From NCBI GenBank assembly GCA_017458675.1, contig JAFTAM010000182.1, positions 1 through 63,962 of the forward strand: a stretch of 63,962 nucleotides of DNA, in the 5' to 3' direction. Every line of letters starts with the position of its first letter. Position 1 is the first letter of the stretch. The DNA comes from a bacterium. Lineage in GTDB: Bacteria; Vulcanimicrobiota; Xenobia; Xenobiales; Xenobiaceae. Of the stretch, positions 1 to 8,597 are shown piece after piece. The translations under genes and the position numbers were made by a program. The notes under the pieces were generated by a model. It had not been told where the DNA came from and did not search any database. It was given only the letters and a program-made list of their open reading frames with translations.

Positions 1-140
1 CTGCATGTTTTCGCTATGCCGGTTTTCTTTGTCGCTACCGCTTCGCGCTCGCTTACGCTCGAATCTCCGCGTACGCGTCAAAGAAAACCTTTATTAAGAA
101 TGTATGCTAAAAGCTCGTTTTTGCTTAACTTACCGGCAGT
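1..140 (-). mobile_element. Interspersed structured repeat (MITE/REPIN-like), copy 1, cut by the window edge
   Basis: The reverse complement (actgccggtaagttaagcaaaaac...ggttttctttgacgcgtacgcggagattcgagc...caaagaaaaccggcatagcgaaaacatg) closely matches 61457-61670 and 33220-33448. Confidence 0.8.
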
Positions 141-268
141 AACTCTCGGTCCGTCTTTTTTTACATAATAAAGCCGCATTTCTGAAGGCTTCAGCCCCTT
201 TACAAAAAATACAGTCTTTCGGTTTTATCGCCAATAATTATATTATCTTTCCAAAAGGATAATTTTTA

Positions 269-1681
269 ATGAATAACGCCCAGAACAAATATAATACCGT
301 ATTTTATATACTAGGCTTAATTGTTCTCTTAGCTCTGGTCTGCTGGCTTTTGAGCGCCGTACACATGATAGTCAATATTCTGGTAGCTTCGATTCTGATA
401 GCTTATCTGATAGCTCCGGCGGTCCACTATCTTCAGAAAAAGGGAATCTCGGCATCGGTGGCCATAGGTATCGTTTATCTGCTTTTAATAGCTCTGGCCC
501 TCGTCTTTGTTTCTTATTTATGGCCGGTACTGCAGACCGAATTCAGCCGCTTCGCTCAGAACTTCAGCAACATTTCCGCCAATCTGCACAACATGGTTCA
601 GGCCTGGCTGTTTAAGGTCCAATCCTGGCTTCCTAAATCAATGCAGCACGTCGTCGATCCGGAAAAGGTCAACATGCATAAGATGTTCATCTTTGTGCAG
701 AAAGAGACTCCGGTACTGGTCAACAATTCCATGGTCGGCGTTATCAGAGGCATGCGCAGCGTGGTCATCATCCTGACCGGCGCTATCATCGTTCCCCTGA
801 TGGTCTTCTACATTCTGATGGATACCCAGGTTTATAAAAAAAGCTTCATCAGCTGTTTGCCTAAGGCCTGGCGCAAAAACGGCGTAGACCTGCTCCGCCG
901 CGTCGATTACGTCCTGGGCAACTTCATCCGCGGCCAGCTGATCGTCTGCGTAGTGATAGGCGTCTGCGTTGCTGTAGCTCTTTCCCTTTTAGGCATAGAC
1001 TACGCGATCTTAATCGGTCTGTTCACGGGCGTCATAGACATCATACCCTATGTAGGCGTAGCTATCAGCTACGTGCCCGCCTTCATAATCGCCCTCCTCA
1101 ACAAAGGACTGCTCTTTGCTATCTTCACGGTTCTGGTTTTGTACGTCCTGCACTGGATTGAGAGCCACATTCTCGTACCGGCCATCGTCGGCAAGACCCT
1201 CAACCTGCCGCCTCTGACCGTAATGGCCGCCTTAATCGCCGGCGCCGAGCTGGGAGGCATCATGGGCATGCTTCTGGCTGTTCCCATTACCGCCATTATC
1301 AGAGTCTGCCTGGAATTTTACACCGAAAAGCACCCGGCTTACGGGCCCTTGACCGAAGAAGACATCCAGCCTCCGGATACCCCTTATCCTCCTGCGGAAA
1401 TCAGCAAGGTTTCCCCTAAAGAATCTGTAAAAACTATAGTAGATAAGGTCCAGCAGCTCAAGAATAATCATCTTCTGCGCCGCAAAGTTACAGAAAAGGA
1501 AGGCATAACTATAGTTCAGGAGATTTACGCCAAAGACTCGGCGGAAACGGCCGCTGTTTCCGATGGCGGCGACAAGGATAATGCGCCCGAGGCACCTTCA
1601 AAAGACGCCGAAAATAAATCGGAAAAAACTGCCGGCTCTGAAAAAGAATCCCAAAACGAAAAAGCGAACAAGGACAGCTGA
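269..1681 (+). CDS. AI-2E family transporter (PerM/YhhT-like)
   Basis: Multi-TM protein with family motifs IAYLIAP, GNFIRGQL, IIPYVG, ESHILVPAIVG and GGIMGMLLAVP; acidic low-complexity tail; aaagga RBS. Confidence 0.9.
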   Translation: MNNAQNKYNTVFYILGLIVLLALVCWLLSAVHMIVNILVASILIAYLIAPAVHYLQKKGISASVAIGIVYLLLIALALVFVSYLWPVLQTEFSRFAQNFSNISANLHNMVQAWLFKVQSWLPKSMQHVVDPEKVNMHKMFIFVQKETPVLVNNSMVGVIRGMRSVVIILTGAIIVPLMVFYILMDTQVYKKSFISCLPKAWRKNGVDLLRRVDYVLGNFIRGQLIVCVVIGVCVAVALSLLGIDYAILIGLFTGVIDIIPYVGVAISYVPAFIIALLNKGLLFAIFTVLVLYVLHWIESHILVPAIVGKTLNLPPLTVMAALIAGAELGGIMGMLLAVPITAIIRVCLEFYTEKHPAYGPLTEEDIQPPDTPYPPAEISKVSPKESVKTIVDKVQQLKNNHLLRRKVTEKEGITIVQEIYAKDSAETAAVSDGGDKDNAPEAPSKDAENKSEKTAGSEKESQNEKANKDS

Positions 1682-1711
1682 CAGACAGCTCTCTCAGATA
1701 TTGTCTGTTGA

Positions 1712-1744
1712 TTTTGAGAGCCGGCCTCAAACCGGCTCTCAAAA
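1712..1744 (+). terminator. Inverted-repeat hairpin (possible terminator)
   Basis: tttgagagccgg-cctcaaa-ccggctctcaaa. Confidence 0.5.
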
Positions 1745-1776
1745 TTTGTGCGCTGAAATATTAAGGAGAACAACTT

Positions 1777-2340
1777 ATGCAAAAAGATTTAGGAGAGGTA
1801 ATGGGCCTCTATCCCACCCCCGTAACGGTTGTCGGAACGGTCCTGGAAAACGGCCGGGTAAATTTTCTGACCATAGCCCACGTCGGCGTTACCGAGCACA
1901 AACGCCTTTTAATCAGCGTCGACAAAGGCCACGCCCTTTCTGACGCGGCTATTGCCAAAAACGGCGTAGTGTCCGTAAGCCTGGTTAACAGAGAAATGTT
2001 GGAAGCCGTCGATTACTGCGGCATAGCCAAAGGGGCCAAGGAGGATAAATCTACCGTCTTTGCCCATCGCTTTGACGAGTTGGAAAAAGCCCCGATTATA
2101 GAGAAAGCTCCTCTCTGCATGACCTGCCGCATTATCAAAACCGTCGAGGTCGGCAGCTTCCATAATTACATACTTCAGCCGGTCCATACTTATGTGCAGG
2201 AAGAATATATAAATGAAAAAGGCAAAATAGATTACGCGTCTATGAAGCCCATACTCTTCGAGTTCCAAAATCTCAATTACCTGGAGACCGGAGCCATAGC
2301 CGGCAAGTGCTGGAATATCGGAAAAAACTACAAAAAATAA
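1777..2340 (+). CDS. Flavin reductase family protein (flavoredoxin-like)
   Basis: LYPTPVTVVG, VDYCGI..G...DK and APIIE..PL..TC motifs; aaggag RBS. Confidence 0.88.
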   Translation: MQKDLGEVMGLYPTPVTVVGTVLENGRVNFLTIAHVGVTEHKRLLISVDKGHALSDAAIAKNGVVSVSLVNREMLEAVDYCGIAKGAKEDKSTVFAHRFDELEKAPIIEKAPLCMTCRIIKTVEVGSFHNYILQPVHTYVQEEYINEKGKIDYASMKPILFEFQNLNYLETGAIAGKCWNIGKNYKK

Positions 2341-2354
2341 ACCTATGAGACCGT

Positions 2355-2615
2355 ACTGTCGGTAATTAAGCAAAAACAGGCTTTCAGCATACATGTATTA
2401 CACAGGTTTTGTTTTGCGCTGAAGCGAGCGTCCGAGCTCCGGCTGCGGCGAGCGCGGAGCGAAGTGCAAAACAAAACCTACATAGCAAAAACATGCAGAA
2501 CATGCTTAAGAATCTTCGCTGCGTTCTCAATGGCAGAGAAACATTTACAAGCATTGGCAAAACAAGCTAATGTACCTTTTTTAGCAATATTTTGCATTAA
2601 CTTTATGACATTGGC
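2355..2615 (+). mobile_element. Interspersed structured repeat, copy 2 (followed by a partial copy at ~2630-2746)
   Basis: Left end actgtcggtaattaagcaaaaac, internal stem ggttttgttttgc...gcaaaacaaaacc, right end ttaactttatgacattggc. Confidence 0.8.
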
Positions 2616-2763
2616 TGAAAATTAGTTTTTTTTCCGCGAAGGCGAGCGTCCGAGCTACGGCTGCGGCGAGCGCGGAGCCGAGCGCAAAAGATAAACGGCA
2701 TAACAAAAACAGGCGGAAACAGATACTGTCGGTAAGTTAAGCAAAACAGCAGGAGTACAGTTT

Positions 2764-3576
2764 ATGAAAGCTGCCGTCATTCAAATCAACACTACTGACA
2801 ACATTGACAGAAATCTGCAGACCTGCCGCGGTCTGCTTGACAAAGCCGTTTCTGCAGGCGTAAGGCTGGCCGTACTCCCTGAAACCTTCGCCTTTTCACA
2901 CGTCAATATTCCTGCCGAAACAGCGGCGGCCAACGCCTCCGCCGCCTTTGAATGGTGCAGAAAGACGGCGCGCGCGCTTAATATTTGGCTCGCCGCCGGA
3001 AGTATTCTCTCCCCCGGACCTGACGGACGCTTTTACAACCGCGCCTTCTTTTTCAGTCCTCAGGGCGAAGTTCAGGCGAAGTATGACAAGATTCACCTCT
3101 TTGACTGCCGCCTTCCTGAAGCGCTTTACCTGGAATCGAAGGATATCATCCCGGGAGAAGAGATTGCTTCCGCCGCCTTAATTGAAAACCGGGAAGAATG
3201 GCGGCTGGGCTGGGGCGTCTGTTACGATTTGCGCTTTCCCGAGCAGTTCAGAACTCTGAGCGAACGCGGCCTCGATATTTTAATTCTCCCCGCCGCTTTT
3301 ACCGCCAAAACCGGCGCGCTGCACTGGGAAGTTCTGCTGCGGGCCCGCGCCATAGAGAATCAGTGCTATATTCTGGCCGCCAATCAAAGCGGAACTATAG
3401 GCAGCGGCTTAAAATGCTGGGGCCATTCCATGATTATTGACCCTATGGGAAATATTTGCTCCCAATTGAATTCGGGAGAAGAAAACCTGGCCGCCGCCGA
3501 TCTCGATTACAGCTCTATGCTTAAAATCAGAAGCGAGCTTCCTGCCCTTCAGCACCGGCGCTCTTTTAAAATCTGA
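2764..3576 (+). CDS. Carbon-nitrogen hydrolase (nitrilase superfamily, Nit1/Nit2-like amidase)
   Basis: Catalytic triad motifs LPE, YDKIHLFD and CYDLRFPE; HWEVLLRARAIENQ. Confidence 0.93.
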   Translation: MKAAVIQINTTDNIDRNLQTCRGLLDKAVSAGVRLAVLPETFAFSHVNIPAETAAANASAAFEWCRKTARALNIWLAAGSILSPGPDGRFYNRAFFFSPQGEVQAKYDKIHLFDCRLPEALYLESKDIIPGEEIASAALIENREEWRLGWGVCYDLRFPEQFRTLSERGLDILILPAAFTAKTGALHWEVLLRARAIENQCYILAANQSGTIGSGLKCWGHSMIIDPMGNICSQLNSGEENLAAADLDYSSMLKIRSELPALQHRRSFKI

Positions 3577-3608
3577 ACGAAAAGCTGTACTTTGCCCCCT
3601 TATTTTTG

Positions 3609-3614
3609 TATAAT
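3609..3614 (+). promoter_or_regulatory. Putative -10 box for the peptide-rSAM operon
   Basis: Perfect TATAAT ~70 nt upstream of the aaggag RBS and ATG at 3687. Confidence 0.45.
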
Positions 3615-3686
3615 ATAAGGAAGCGCCTCTTGGGTGATATTGCCGCCCCGGAGGACGGCACGTGTAAAATAAGGAGTATTTCTGTT

Positions 3687-3779
3687 ATGGCAGATACCAA
3701 AGAAATGAATCCCGTAATCGCCGCCGCTATCGGCGCCGAGCCCGAAGAAAAAGACTGCGTCTGCTGGGTTAAAGCGTGA
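3687..3779 (+). CDS. Small ORF absent from the ORF track, putative RiPP precursor MADTKEMNPVIAAAIGAEPEEKDCVCWVKA
   Basis: Strong RBS AAGGAG at 3671-3676 and ATG at 3687; the TGA stop overlaps the GTG start of the radical SAM gene (GTGA overlap); Cys/Trp-containing C-terminus. Confidence 0.8.
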   Translation: MADTKEMNPVIAAAIGAEPEEKDCVCWVKA

Positions 3780-4876
3780 TTTCCGGCAAATTAAGGCCAG
3801 TTTTTAAATTAACCGAGTCCTGCAACCTCGCCTGTAAATACTGTTATCAGGAGGGCAAGCTGGACTCCGGTTATTTTATGAGCGAGGCCACCTTAGAAAA
3901 GGCTCTTTCGGAAGTCGCTGAAAATACTCAGGGAACTATGCACCTGCTTTGGTTCGGAGGCGAGCCTACCTTATACGGTATTAAGCGCTTCGCCAGAGCC
4001 ATGGAGCTGGTTGATAAGCACTTCGCCGGCCGTACCGTCTATCACGGCATGCAGACCAACGGTTCCTTAATTACGGAAGAATGGGCCGCTCTTTTAGCGG
4101 AGCGCAAATTCGCCGTAACCGTCAGCGTTGACGGTCCTCAGGAGCTTCATGACAGACAGCGTCCGCAGCGCACCGCCGACGGCAGGCCCAAGGGCAGTTT
4201 TGAAAAGGTAATGCAGGGCATTAAAAACCTGCATAACGCCGGCATATTTCCCCGGGTTTCAGCGGTAATAACTCCGGAAGCTCTGCTTCAGCCCGTTGAG
4301 CTGGTAACTTGGTACGAGAAACAGGGCTTTCACGAAATGGATTTCGTGCCCTCCACCCGCTACCACAACGGCGGCTTCGAGGTCGAAGTAAACGGAACTC
4401 AGTTTAAGGAATTTATCTTAAAGGTCTGCGAACGCTGGCTGGAGCTTAACAATCCTAAATTTAAAGTTCGCCTGCTTTCGGAAACGGCCCGTAAATTGGC
4501 CGGGCACGCTCCCCACTACTGCAAGCTGGAGGGCCGCTGCTCTCATTTCGTAGGTTTCGGCTGGAACGGCGACGTCTATCCCTGCGACGAGTTTTCCGGA
4601 ATGAAAGAGTTCTGTTTGGGCAACATTCATAAGAACACCTTAAAAGAACTGATGACCTCTGAAAAGGCTATTGAATTTTTCCGCCGCTGGGCGGAAATAC
4701 CGCCGGAATGCGCTTCCTGCAAATGGCTCCATTTCTGCCGCGGCGGCTGTCCTTGGGAGCGTCAGCTCAGCGGAAATCCCGACCGTCCCACGGTAATGTG
4801 CGAAGCTATGAAAGCTGTTTTTGAACGCCTCAGCAGCGAGATCCCCGGCAGCAGGGAACGCTGGAAAGCTGAATAA
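3776..4876 (+). CDS. Radical SAM/SPASM domain protein (anSME-like, putative peptide maturase)
   Basis: CNLACKYC (CxxxCxxC), WFGGEP, QTNG, SVDGP; SPASM region C...C..GDVYPC and CASCKWLHFCRGGC...C. Confidence 0.93.
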   Translation: MISGKLRPVFKLTESCNLACKYCYQEGKLDSGYFMSEATLEKALSEVAENTQGTMHLLWFGGEPTLYGIKRFARAMELVDKHFAGRTVYHGMQTNGSLITEEWAALLAERKFAVTVSVDGPQELHDRQRPQRTADGRPKGSFEKVMQGIKNLHNAGIFPRVSAVITPEALLQPVELVTWYEKQGFHEMDFVPSTRYHNGGFEVEVNGTQFKEFILKVCERWLELNNPKFKVRLLSETARKLAGHAPHYCKLEGRCSHFVGFGWNGDVYPCDEFSGMKEFCLGNIHKNTLKELMTSEKAIEFFRRWAEIPPECASCKWLHFCRGGCPWERQLSGNPDRPTVMCEAMKAVFERLSSEIPGSRERWKAE

Positions 4877-4904
4877 AACGTTTTATCCGCTAATGCAGAA
4901 AATA

Positions 4905-4947
4905 AAAAATGTCCGGTCTTCATCTATGAAGACAGCGGACATTTTTT
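4905..4947. terminator. Bidirectional intrinsic terminator
   Basis: aaaaatgtccg-gtcttcat-ct-atgaagac-a-gcggacattttt between convergent genes. Confidence 0.75.
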
Positions 4948-4968
4948 ATGGATAACTATAACCGCGAT

Positions 4969-6291
4969 TTACTCTTCGGCAGCTTCAGTAACCGTAAACT
5001 CCATGCTGTCCGTAAAATTAGAGTTAGCGTCGAGAACAGCCTTCAAAACGGTGCTTCCAGCCCTTAAGCCGGTAATAAAGCCGTCTTCGGCAGAAATTAC
5101 GCCGTCTTCGCTCTCGGAAAGAGTATAAGCATACCTGTCAAGCTCATAATCGGCAGAAGAATAGCCTTTGCGGGTATAGGTACCCAAAACCCTGTAGGCA
5201 ACGCTTTCACCGACGGCGCAGGTATCAGAATCGGCGTCAATACCGATTCCGGTCAAAGTGCCGGTAACGACGGTTACCATACAGGTATCGGCGAAATTTT
5301 CTCCGCCGCAGTTTACAGAAGCGGTAATCGACACCTCGCTAGGCGCAATATCCTCTTCTGAATCGTCTGAAGAAGCCTTTTTGGGCACGATGAAACCGTA
5401 ATATCCGCTGACAATGTCGTTGTCGCCGGAGCTCCAGGTACTGTTGAGGTCGACGCAGCTGGTCTTTCCGTCGCTCCAGGAAGCCGTTACGCTGTTAATG
5501 CAATAATCGAGGCTGACAGGCAAAACCAAAGAGGTTTCATCAAAAGCCAGACCGGTAATCATGGCGTCGGTTACTTCTATATCAGCGGTATCGGAATAAT
5601 TGTAGAATCTAGCGGTAATGACGGCATTGCCTGCGGAATTTCCGTCAAACTCTTTTTTGCCTAACGTCGAGACTTCTTCGTCTCCATTTTCTTCAACATT
5701 GGAAATGACAGCGGAATTTGAGCTTGTCCACTCGCAGTTGTCCGAAAAAATCTGCAGATATTTTTTGCCGGTACCTAAAGCGGTATCAGTAAACTCGGCA
5801 ATAGTCGCCATGCTGATGCTGTCTAAGGTATGAATGCGATAATCCTTCTGCAGAATACGCAGTCTGTTCAAATTAGAAATGGCGTCAATATCTTCCCAGG
5901 CAGGATCGTTAATTTCGTAGACTTCTCCAATCTTAAGCGTCACAGGCTGAGAATAAAAGCCAATGACCTTATTGTCATTGTTGTAATAAGTCATGCTTAT
6001 TGAAACCGACTCGACCGGAACAGCCTGCAGCAGAATCTGCTGAGCCTTAACCAGATTAGCCGGGCCGAAGGTGCGATAGCCCTGCCGGTTGTAGCAGTAA
6101 TAAGACACCTTCTTAACATCGCTGCCCATGGTTCTGGCTTCAACATTATGCGTCACCAGAATAGAAGCGCGGGTTGCATCATTAAAGGCGTCGTCGTCAG
6201 AACAGGCGCTCAGAAAAGAACAGAAAGCCAATAGCAGACAGACGCACAGTACATAACTTATTTTATTAAATAACCGTCTCTTTTCAGACAC
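4969..6291 (-). CDS. Lipoprotein with Ig-like (Big_2-type) repeats
   Basis: Lipobox FLSAC; WTSSNSAV and WSSGDNDIV Big_2-like motifs; N-terminal module shared with neighbouring lipoproteins. Confidence 0.75.
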   Translation of the reverse strand: MSEKRRLFNKISYVLCVCLLLAFCSFLSACSDDDAFNDATRASILVTHNVEARTMGSDVKKVSYYCYNRQGYRTFGPANLVKAQQILLQAVPVESVSISMTYYNNDNKVIGFYSQPVTLKIGEVYEINDPAWEDIDAISNLNRLRILQKDYRIHTLDSISMATIAEFTDTALGTGKKYLQIFSDNCEWTSSNSAVISNVEENGDEEVSTLGKKEFDGNSAGNAVITARFYNYSDTADIEVTDAMITGLAFDETSLVLPVSLDYCINSVTASWSDGKTSCVDLNSTWSSGDNDIVSGYYGFIVPKKASSDDSEEDIAPSEVSITASVNCGGENFADTCMVTVVTGTLTGIGIDADSDTCAVGESVAYRVLGTYTRKGYSSADYELDRYAYTLSESEDGVISAEDGFITGLRAGSTVLKAVLDANSNFTDSMEFTVTEAAEE

Positions 6292-6396
6292 AAAAACAGA
6301 CCTCCTTATAATTATTGCGCTTTATTTAAAATAAAGGCTCCGAACTATGTATTCGCCGGAGCCCTCTAAATTATTCTTTAAATACTTAGCTTAACG

Positions 6397-8337
6397 TTAG
6401 ACATTGGCGTCGGCATCGGCGTCAGCGTCGGCATCGGCGTCAGCGTCGGCATCGGCGTCAGCGTCGGCATCGGCGTCAGCGTCGGCATCAGCGTCAGCGT
6501 CGGCGTCGGCGTCAGCGTCAGCGTCAGCGTCGGCATCAGCGTCAGCGTCGGCATCAGCGTCGGCATCAGCGTCAGCGTCGGCATCAGCGTCAGCGTCGGC
6601 ATCAGCGTCAGCGTCGGCATCAGCATCAGCGTCGGCATCAGCATCAGCGTCGGCATCCGTATCGGTGTCATCGTCGCCCTCTTTGTTGACAAACGCCTGC
6701 ACCTTAGAGCTGGTAAAGGTTCCTGAGTTTCCATTGTAGACATAATACAAGTTGTAGAGATCGTACATCTGACTGTTGGCAGTATCTAATACAAAGATGC
6801 CGTCCTCAAAAGTAAACGAGCAGGTTCCGTAATTAACGCTGCTTACCATCGAATGCTTGGCAGTTACATTGTTGTAAATACCGAATACATCGCTCTTAAC
6901 AGCTTCTGCGCCGTCAGCGAACTTAACCAGGAAATATCCGGAAGCTTCGCCGGTATAACCGGATCTGGGCGCAACATTATAAACGGTTTGATTGGCATTT
7001 TCAGTCGCGTCGTCAATATTCATAGTCACGCTGAGCTTCGCAGAACCGGGGGCGGATTCAACCTCAACGCTGTCGCTGTATTCATTGCCCTTACTGTCTA
7101 TGGCATGAACGGTAACAGTATCGGAAGCGACAGCGGAAGTATCAAAGGCATATAAATTGTAGGCAGAGAGCGTGTTGCTGCCTCTGAAGCTGGAGGTATT
7201 TGAATGCGACCAGGATACATTATCAAAAATTTCAGCTTCAAAGCCGGGATTACCGTTGTCAGAAACATACGTTCCGACAGCTGTTAAAGGAATTTTACCT
7301 ACTAAATAATTAACGCCGGCCACGCTGACATCGTCCTGGCCAAAACTTTCCTCTACAGCGATAACATCGGCGCCTTCAGCAAGATCCTTATCATCGATGC
7401 GGACGGCTCTAAGTTCAGCGTCGGTTACATAAGCGGTAGTTCCAACCGAAGTATTGAAGACATTTACAACATTTACAGAAACGTCCTGAGCCCCGTAATA
7501 AGCGCCGTAATAATAACCTGGGGTAATCTCGTCTTCCGTCTTGTCAAAAATGAATTTAGCTGATCTGAGATAAGCGCTTTCATCGACATTATAATCGGCG
7601 AACCAGCTTAAATCCAATTCGGTAACAGTCCCGTCCGGTTTAGTGTAATCGGCGGCTGTCTTTATCCAGATATATTCGCCCTTATCAATATGGTTGGGGT
7701 ACATGCAGAGCTCGACATCGCCCATACGCGACAGGAAATCAGAATCCATGCCGGGATTGCTTACTTCAGCAACCTTATTCTGACCTTCGCTCGTCCAGTT
7801 TAAATTATCAACACCAACGGCGATAACAGTATCGGCTGCATCAAAATAATAGGCGCATACCCTGGAAGCAGCAACAGGCACTCCGGAAATGGTAACATCA
7901 AACTCGTTATCATTCTTTAAAGAGATTTTAGCTGCGTCGGCATCGGCGTCAGCGTCGGCATCGGCGTCAGCATCGGCATCGGCGTCGGCATCGGCATCGG
8001 CGTCGGCATCGGCGTCAGCATCCGCATCGGCGTCGGTATCGGTATCGGCGTCGGTATCGGCGTCGGCGTCATCGTCGCCTTCCTGAAATTCATGCTGATA
8101 AGAGCCAAATGAGACTCCGTCGCCGCTGAAGGTATATATTGCGTAAACCGCTTCCTCAGGAACAGCGGTGCGGGCAGCTATAGTTTCATAATTAAAGGTC
8201 ACGCTGCCTAAGGATACAGCAGCGGGATCGGGCTTGGTCAAGGAAGTATCGGAGCCGCATCCGGCGGCGGTTATACAAACTGCCAAAGTCAAGGCAGCGG
8301 TAACGCTCGAAAAACCAAATCGAGTTAGATTAGCCAT
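6397..8337 (-). CDS. Acidic surface lipoprotein with two (Asp-Ala)n tracts
   Basis: Start moved to ATG 8337 (gagagga RBS); lipobox TAAGC; paralogous to 8598-11039 and 11815-13326. Confidence 0.8.
   Translation of the reverse strand: MANLTRFGFSSVTAALTLAVCITAAGCGSDTSLTKPDPAAVSLGSVTFNYETIAARTAVPEEAVYAIYTFSGDGVSFGSYQHEFQEGDDDADADTDADTDTDADADADADADADADADADADADADADADADADAAKISLKNDNEFDVTISGVPVAASRVCAYYFDAADTVIAVGVDNLNWTSEGQNKVAEVSNPGMDSDFLSRMGDVELCMYPNHIDKGEYIWIKTAADYTKPDGTVTELDLSWFADYNVDESAYLRSAKFIFDKTEDEITPGYYYGAYYGAQDVSVNVVNVFNTSVGTTAYVTDAELRAVRIDDKDLAEGADVIAVEESFGQDDVSVAGVNYLVGKIPLTAVGTYVSDNGNPGFEAEIFDNVSWSHSNTSSFRGSNTLSAYNLYAFDTSAVASDTVTVHAIDSKGNEYSDSVEVESAPGSAKLSVTMNIDDATENANQTVYNVAPRSGYTGEASGYFLVKFADGAEAVKSDVFGIYNNVTAKHSMVSSVNYGTCSFTFEDGIFVLDTANSQMYDLYNLYYVYNGNSGTFTSSKVQAFVNKEGDDDTDTDADADADADADADADADADADADADADADADADADADADADADADADADADADADADADADADADADADADADADADADADADANV
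6406..6680 (-). repeat. Coding hexanucleotide repeat encoding EGDDD-(DA)n, C-terminal
   Basis: gcgtcg/gcatcg/gcgtca/gcatca units on the + strand. Confidence 0.95.
7933..8082 (-). repeat. Coding hexanucleotide repeat encoding EGDDD-(DA/DT)n, internal
   Basis: Same unit types as 6406-6680 with a few DT units. Confidence 0.95.
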
Positions 8338-8520
8338 TAGAACAATCCTCTCGGGCAAAAGATTAACGCGCCGACTCAAAAACGCGAAAAAGAAATATAA
8401 CTATGTGGTTTTCCCACTTTCTCTTTAGGTTCCTTCCTGCTTTTGCTATGACTTGCCCAGTTAAGTAAACTAACCATTTCGAACTCAAGCCGGAAGATAT
8501 CTGCATAACGAATATCGCAT

Positions 8521-8562
8521 AAAAAAATTCCGTTCCTCCCATCGGAAGAACGGAACTTTTTT
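8521..8562. terminator. Intrinsic terminator after the DT-repeat gene
   Basis: aaaaaaattccgttc-ctcccatcggaa-gaacggaactttttt. Confidence 0.7.
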
Positions 8563-8597
8563 GTCACAGATTAAACTGTTTGACTGACGTCCAAAGC

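Noticed and set aside
2764-3576. Nitrilase as a tailoring enzyme of the RiPP cluster
   Set aside because: It looks like an ordinary Nit1/Nit2 housekeeping amidase, and a separate -10 box lies between it and the peptide gene; linkage is unsupported without synteny data.
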